Of a stretch of DNA of 11,553 bases, positions 7,451 through 11,553 are shown piece by piece. The position numbers and the translations under genes are program-made. The stretch is from a virus. The notes below the pieces were generated by a model, which worked only from the letters and a program-made list of their open reading frames with translations, searched no databases and was not told the origin of the DNA. Location of the stretch: UHGV virus genome UHGV-0047852; one strand, given 5' to 3'. Every line of letters starts with the position of its first letter. Positions within the stretch are counted from its first letter, which is position 1.

Positions 7451-7519
7451 TGTACAACCAAGGTTTTATTCCATCAAACGAAAATGGTTGTTGACTAAAA
7501 ACAACCATAGTTTTAATCT
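7451..7519 (+). promoter_or_regulatory. OR/PR region: 25-bp palindromic operator ATGGTTGTTGACTAAAAACAACCAT (7484-7508), extra half-site TGTACAACCA (7451-7460), PR -35 TTGACT (7491-7496) and -10 TAATCT (7514-7519); divergent PRM-like element for the repressor on the minus strand
   Basis: Perfect dyad symmetry, 17-bp spacer promoter, GGAGG SD before the cro-like ATG at 7547. On the minus strand TTGATG-17-TACATT ends 6 nt before the repressor ATG, suggesting a leaderless transcript. Confidence 0.65.
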
Positions 7520-7546
7520 TGATTCAAATTAACCACGGAGGTTGTT

Positions 7547-7777
7547 ATGAACCCAGCTATCAAAACAGCGATCAATATCGTTGGTTCACAAAAGAAACTG
7601 GGCGCTGCTTGCGAAGTTTCACAGCAGGCCGTCTATAAGTGGCTTCACAACAAAGCAAAGGTATCCCCTGAACATGTCGGCAGCATTGTTACGGCTACTG
7701 GTGGAGTAGTGAAGGCATACCAGATTCGCCCGGATCTTCCGAAGTTGTTTCCACACACCGAAAAGAACGCAGCTTAA
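7547..7777 (+). CDS. Cro-like small HTH regulator (76 aa, YdaS-like)
   Basis: Small HTH protein (GSQKKLGAACEVSQQAVYKWL) divergent from the repressor with strong SD; resembles Rac YdaS-type Cro from memory. Confidence 0.75.
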   Translation: MNPAIKTAINIVGSQKKLGAACEVSQQAVYKWLHNKAKVSPEHVGSIVTATGGVVKAYQIRPDLPKLFPHTEKNAA

Positions 7778-7846
7778 ATTTCCATTTCACGCTCTTTAAC
7801 AATAAGCAATCAACTTAACAGTCAATTCAAACTAAAGGAGTCAATT

Positions 7847-8173
7847 ATGCAACCACTTACATACCAACAGACTAGCGGATTTAGCCCGACTGCGGTGATA
7901 AATCGTTCTCAAACAAAACAGGTGCCAGGCCACGAAAAAATCCGTGATGCCGTCCGCGCCTGGTCGGCTGTAGATAATCAGGATGTCGTTGCCACACTCA
8001 TTGTGAATGAGTATCGGGAGCAGGGCGGCGGCACCATCGATTTCCCTGATGATGTCAGCCGTGCACGCCAGAAGCTGTTCCGCTTCCTCGATAACAAATT
8101 CGATTCTGAAAAATACCGAAATAATGTGCGTGAACTGACCCCGGCAATTCTGGCGGTACTACCGCTGGAATAA
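7847..8173 (+). CDS. YdaT-like (CII-position) protein, apparently C-terminally truncated (108 aa)
   Basis: Similarity from memory to Rac YdaT (motifs EYREQGGG and PAILAVLP); AAAGGAG SD. The ORF stops soon after the PAILA(V/I)LP motif whereas YdaT continues about 30 aa. Confidence 0.55.
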   Translation: MQPLTYQQTSGFSPTAVINRSQTKQVPGHEKIRDAVRAWSAVDNQDVVATLIVNEYREQGGGTIDFPDDVSRARQKLFRFLDNKFDSEKYRNNVRELTPAILAVLPLE

Positions 8174-8403
8174 AAGATGCTCTCAAACACACTTATCTCG
8201 GTTATGAAACCAAAGAACTGATTGATGTCGTAACCGGTGAAATCACCACCATTCAGTCATTACGTCATACCTCCGATCTCGATACCGGAGAGATGTATGT
8301 CTTCCTGTGTAAGGTTGAAGCCTGGGCGATGAATATTGGCTGCCACCTGACTATTCCGCAGAGCTGCGAGTTCCAGCTGCTCCGCGACAAGCAGGAGGCG
8401 TAA
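8134..8403 (+). pseudogene. 3' remnant of a ybcN-like nin-region gene lacking its 5' half and start codon
   Basis: Frame open from 8134 to the TAA at 8401-8403, which overlaps the ninE ATG (TAATG). Only an internal ATG at 8293 without a usable SD; position immediately before ninE matches DLP12 ybcN. Confidence 0.5.
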
Positions 8404-8573
8404 TGGCTACACCGCTTATTCGTGTCATGAACGGACACATCTACAGAGTATCTAATCGTCGTAAGCGTAAGCCTGAGCTGAAGCCATCCGAAATACCAAC
8501 ACTGCTCGGATATACCGCTAGCCTGGTTGATAAAAAATGGTTGCGACTGGCAGCAAGGAGGAATCATGGCTGA
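8403..8573 (+). CDS. ninE: NinE-like protein (56 aa, [56 protein letters not shown])
   Basis: Hand-translated (below track cut-off); shares the RRKRKP motif and C-terminal basic region with lambda/DLP12 NinE. Confidence 0.75.
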   Translation: MATPLIRVMNGHIYRVSNRRKRKPELKPSEIPTLLGYTASLVDKKWLRLAARRNHG

Positions 8574-8856
8574 TTTGAGAAAAGCAGCGCGTGGTCGGGA
8601 ATGCCAGGTAAGAATCCCTGGCGTATGTAATGGCAATTCTGAGACGTCTGTACTGGCACATATCCGGCTGGCTGGATTGTGCGGTACCGGTATCAAACCG
8701 CCAGACCTGATTGCCACCATTGCATGTTCTGCCTGCCACGACGAAATCGACCGCCGCACGCATTTTGTTGACGCTGGATATGCAAAAGAATGCGCGCTGG
8801 AAGGTATGGCGAGAACGCAGGTTATCTGGCTGAAAGAGGGGGTAATTAAGGCGTGA
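8566..8856 (+). CDS. ybcO: YbcO-like DUF1364 protein (96 aa from [23 protein letters not shown]…), Cys/His-rich putative nuclease
   Basis: AGGAGG SD 4 nt before the ATG at 8566; matches DLP12 YbcO from memory. The track ORF from 8527 is a TTG over-extension. Confidence 0.8.
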   Translation: MADLRKAARGRECQVRIPGVCNGNSETSVLAHIRLAGLCGTGIKPPDLIATIACSACHDEIDRRTHFVDAGYAKECALEGMARTQVIWLKEGVIKA

Positions 8857-9215
8857 ATACTTACCACATCACACTACCCTGGCCGCCGAGCAATAACCGC
8901 TACTACCGCCATAATCGAGGGCGCACGCACATCAGCGCAGAAGGGCAGGCATACCGCGATAACGTCGCCCGAATCATTAAAGGCTCAATGCTGGATATCG
9001 GTCTGGCTATGCCTGTGAAAATCCGCATTGAGTGCCACATGCCGGATCGCCGTCGCCGTGACCTGGATAATCTGCAAAAAGCCGCTTTTGACGCACTCAC
9101 TAAAGCAGGTTTCTGGCTGGATGATGAGCTGGTCGTTGATTACCGCGTTGTGAAGATGCCTGTTACCAAAGGTGGGAAGCTGGAACTGACCATCACTGAA
9201 CTGGGAGATGAATGA
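8853..9215 (+). CDS. rusA: Holliday junction resolvase RusA (120 aa)
   Basis: Translation [25 protein letters not shown]…[35 protein letters not shown]… is near-identical to E. coli RusA; GTG start overlapping the ybcO stop (GTGA). Confidence 0.93.
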   Translation: MNTYHITLPWPPSNNRYYRHNRGRTHISAEGQAYRDNVARIIKGSMLDIGLAMPVKIRIECHMPDRRRRDLDNLQKAAFDALTKAGFWLDDELVVDYRVVKMPVTKGGKLELTITELGDE

Positions 9216-9352
9216 TGTTTGAGTCTTATATGGCAGAACGTCTTCGCCGCCGCTGGGTGCGCCTGCGCTTATATCGTTTCCCCGGTTCTGTTTTGACCGA
9301 TTACCGAATACTGAAGAGTTACGCCAAAACCCTGACAGGAGCAGGAGTATGA
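9212..9352 (+). CDS. ylcG: YlcG-like small protein (46 aa, [46 protein letters not shown])
   Basis: Hand-translated; ATG overlaps the rusA stop; gene order rusA-ylcG-quuD as in DLP12. Confidence 0.7.
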   Translation: MMFESYMAERLRRRWVRLRLYRFPGSVLTDYRILKSYAKTLTGAGV

Positions 9353-9437
9353 AGTCAGAGATAACAATCAACTAATACTGTTTTGTTGATTTTTGCTTGT
9401 AATTGGCGTTTTGGTCTGATTTTTGTGGAGTAAGTTG

Positions 9438-9821
9438 ATGCGTGATATTCAGATGGTTCTTGAGCGTTGGGGAGCGTGGGCGGCTAATAATCATGAAGAT
9501 GTGACCTGGTCGTCCATTGCCGCCGGTTTTAAGGGATTAATTCCTTCAAAAGTAAAATCTCGCCCGCAATGTTGTGACGATGACGCGATGATCATTTGCG
9601 GGTGCATGGCCCGTCTGAAAAAGAACAACAGCGATTTGCACGATTTATTAGTAGATTATTATATAGTCGGTATGACATTCATGTCACTGGCAGGTAAGCA
9701 TTGCTGCTCTGATGGTTATATCGGGAAAAGGTTACAAAAGGCTGAGGGCATAATTGAAGGGATGTTAATGGCATTAGATATCCGGTTAGAGATGGATATC
9801 GTTGTTAATAACTCTAATTAA
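9438..9821 (+). CDS. quuD: Late-gene antiterminator Q (QuuD-type, 127 aa)
   Basis: Translation [60 protein letters not shown]… matches DLP12 QuuD; GGAG SD 7 nt upstream. Confidence 0.9.
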   Translation: MRDIQMVLERWGAWAANNHEDVTWSSIAAGFKGLIPSKVKSRPQCCDDDAMIICGCMARLKKNNSDLHDLLVDYYIVGMTFMSLAGKHCCSDGYIGKRLQKAEGIIEGMLMALDIRLEMDIVVNNSN

Positions 9822-9844
9822 TACGCCAATTATTTACTAAAAGT

Positions 9845-9872
9845 TATTAAAAATGGGGCGTTGAAACGCCCC
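9845..9872 (-). terminator. Hairpin GGGGCG-ttgaaa-CGCCCC with U-tract on the minus strand; candidate terminator for nmpC
   Basis: Perfect 6-bp GC stem; reverse complement is followed by ATTTTTAATAACTTTT. Confidence 0.45.
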
Positions 9873-9960
9873 CAAAAATAAAGGGTAATATATAACAGAA
9901 GGTTTGTATAGTTAGAAGCAAGGTTGTGCTTCTAAAGGAAGTGGCTTGAGGGAGCCACTT

Positions 9961-9999
9961 ATATGTTGGGGAGGCAAAGCCTCCCACAACATATCTTTT
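9961..9999 (+). terminator. Long hairpin (ATATGTTGGGGAGG-caaa-GCCTCCCACAACATAT) followed by CTTTT; candidate terminator downstream of quuD
   Basis: 14-bp stem with one bulge plus a short U-tract, 11 nt before the convergent nmpC stop. Confidence 0.45.
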
Positions 10000-10009
10000 A
10001 GTAATCAAA

Positions 10010-11092
10010 TTAGAACTGGTAAACCATACCTACAGCAACGATATCATCGGTAGCAACGCCAGATGCTTTCGTGAAATCGCTCTTATCAATCAGGTTGATT
10101 TTGTAGTCAACAAAAGTGGACATATTTTTGTTGAAGTAATAGGTTGCACCTACATCAACATACTCAACCAGGTCCTGATCACCCCAAACACCCAAGTCTT
10201 TTCCTTTAGAATGCAGGTAAGCAACGGATGGACGCAGGCCGAAGTCGAACTGATATTGTGCAACAGCTTCGAAGTTTTGTGCTTTGTTGGCAATATGGTT
10301 ATTACCAAAAACAGTCATGTTCTGGGTTTCAGAATAGGTGGTGGCCAGATAGATGTTGTTCGCATCATATTTCAGACCAGCTGCCCATACTTCAGCATTT
10401 TGACCAGAAGCATTCAGACCGTTGTTACCGTAGATAACCTGATTATTAGTGCGATCAGATTTAGCATAGGTTGCACCCACGCCGAATCCTTCATACTCAT
10501 AAGTAGTTGAGAAACCGAAACCATCGCCATTAGTTTCAGTTACTTCATTTCGGTCATTTTTGCCCTGATACTGAGCTGCAAAGTTCAGGCCATCAACCAG
10601 ACCAAAGAAGTCGTTGTTACGATAAGTTGCAACACCTGTGGTGCGACCAGTCATGAATACATCTGTTTGGGTCCAGGTATCGCCACCGAATTCTGGCAGA
10701 ACGTCGGTCCATGCACCAATATCGTATGCTACACCGTAGTTACGGCCATAATCGATGGAGCCGTAGTCACCGAATTTCAGGCCAGCGAAGGCAAGACGGG
10801 TTTTATCTTTGGAGGAACCTTGAGATTCAGCGCGGTTGCCTTTGAATTCATATTCCCACTGACCGAAACCAGTCAGTTGATCGTTGATTTGGGTTTCACC
10901 TTTGAAGCCAAGACGGGCATAAGTAGTATCACCATCATCTGCATCATTAGAGGAGAAGTAGTGCTTAGCATTAACTTTCCCGTACAGATCCAGCTTGTTA
11001 CTGTCTTTATTATAAATTTCAGCTGCCTGAGCAGACATCGCCATCAGTACTGATGCAGCTACAGCAGAAATTGCCACTGTTAATTTTTTCAT
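10010..11092 (-). CDS. nmpC: Outer membrane general porin, NmpC/OmpC family (about 360 aa with signal peptide [23 protein letters not shown]), apparently intact
   Basis: Signal peptide then [16 protein letters not shown], typical of OmpC/OmpF/NmpC porins; C-terminal …VAVGMVYQF ending in Phe. Opposite strand to quuD, as nmpC is in DLP12. Confidence 0.9.
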   Translation of the reverse strand: MKKLTVAISAVAASVLMAMSAQAAEIYNKDSNKLDLYGKVNAKHYFSSNDADDGDTTYARLGFKGETQINDQLTGFGQWEYEFKGNRAESQGSSKDKTRLAFAGLKFGDYGSIDYGRNYGVAYDIGAWTDVLPEFGGDTWTQTDVFMTGRTTGVATYRNNDFFGLVDGLNFAAQYQGKNDRNEVTETNGDGFGFSTTYEYEGFGVGATYAKSDRTNNQVIYGNNGLNASGQNAEVWAAGLKYDANNIYLATTYSETQNMTVFGNNHIANKAQNFEAVAQYQFDFGLRPSVAYLHSKGKDLGVWGDQDLVEYVDVGATYYFNKNMSTFVDYKINLIDKSDFTKASGVATDDIVAVGMVYQF

Positions 11093-11478
11093 CGTGAGAC
11101 CTTTTTTTGAACATTTATTAAAAAATGATGCCCTGCGCGACAAATATTCATCTAATCAATGTGATTAATTCAAGATGTAAGTTTTAGATTCTTATTTAAA
11201 TTGTGATCTAGATCTCTATTTTTATCTGAACTTTTTCTAATGCATGCTGTGCATGACTATTCTCTGAAAGAAAATAAATTTGGTAGCTAAATTATATTAA
11301 AGGTTGTTATTTATAAGTGTTCTATAATTCATCTCTTTAATTTAAATTCACTGAAAATAACGTCGGAAATTATTTAATGATTATTTGTTTATTTTTCCTT
11401 ATGTGATTGTGGTGGTGTTTTGAACACTCGATATCATTCTCACAAATATTGTTTAGAGGTTTACGTACGTAAAAAATT

Positions 11479-11553
11479 GGGTAATGACTCCAACTTATTG
11501 ATAGTGTTTTATGTTCAGATAATGCCCGATGACTTTGTCATGCAGCTCCACCG
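11479..11553 (-). mobile_element. IS1 terminal fragment (23-bp terminal inverted repeat GGTAATGACTCCAACTTATTGAT plus the 3' end of insB), continuing beyond the window
   Basis: The 75 bp match the reverse complement of the IS1 right end (…CGGTGGAGCTGCATGACAAAGTCATCGGGCATTATCTGAACATAAAACACTATCAATAAGTTGGAGTCATTACC) as I recall it. Confidence 0.85.

Noticed and set aside
6753-7508. 251-aa version of the repressor starting at 7508
   Set aside because: The extension would be translated through the operator/promoter palindrome; the ATG at 7442 gives a standard HTH N-terminus.
7978-9371. Minus-strand ORFs 7978..8190, 8265..8867, 8518..8763, 8903..9100 and 8985..9371
   Set aside because: Antisense to the ydaT-like, ninE, ybcO, rusA and ylcG genes, which are in a compact coupled plus-strand operon.
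10010-11143. 377-aa version of the porin, and the antisense ORFs 10211..10510, 10228..10437 and 10667..11053
   Set aside because: The signal peptide begins at the ATG at 11092 and the extension uses a non-ATG start; the antisense ORFs lie inside the porin gene.
1-11553. CRISPR arrays, tRNA/rRNA genes, retron-like or toxin-antitoxin cassettes
   Set aside because: No regularly spaced repeat-spacer array and no tRNA-like or rRNA-like sequence seen; no reverse transcriptase and no recognisable toxin/antitoxin pair.

Overview
This window is the left (attL/int) end of a mosaic, apparently defective lambda-like prophage integrated at the lambda attB site, read entirely from sequence and from recalled protein/DNA families (no searches run). 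Bases 1-46 are host DNA, 47-61 the 15-bp att core, followed by the P' arm and near-lambda int, xis and orf55. Where lambda carries ea8.5/ea22 there is instead an AT-rich, opposite-strand gene for a 200-aa membrane protein of unknown function. The leftward early operon then runs TraR-like, orf61-like, a frameshifted unknown gene of about 250 aa, orf60a-like, exo, bet and short-form gam. The kil/cIII/N region is replaced by one small ORF behind a roughly 270-nt ORF-free leader with no N homolog. The immunity region has an S24-type CI-like repressor and a Cro-like gene with GGTTGT-type operators. A truncated ydaT-like gene abuts the 3' remnant of a ybcN-like gene with no replication genes between, followed by a DLP12-like module (ninE, ybcO, rusA, ylcG, quuD), a convergent intact nmpC-type porin gene, and the terminal 75 bp of an IS1. 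The best candidates for something undescribed are the membrane-protein moron, the frameshifted gene and the N-less leader; none could be assigned a function from sequence alone.
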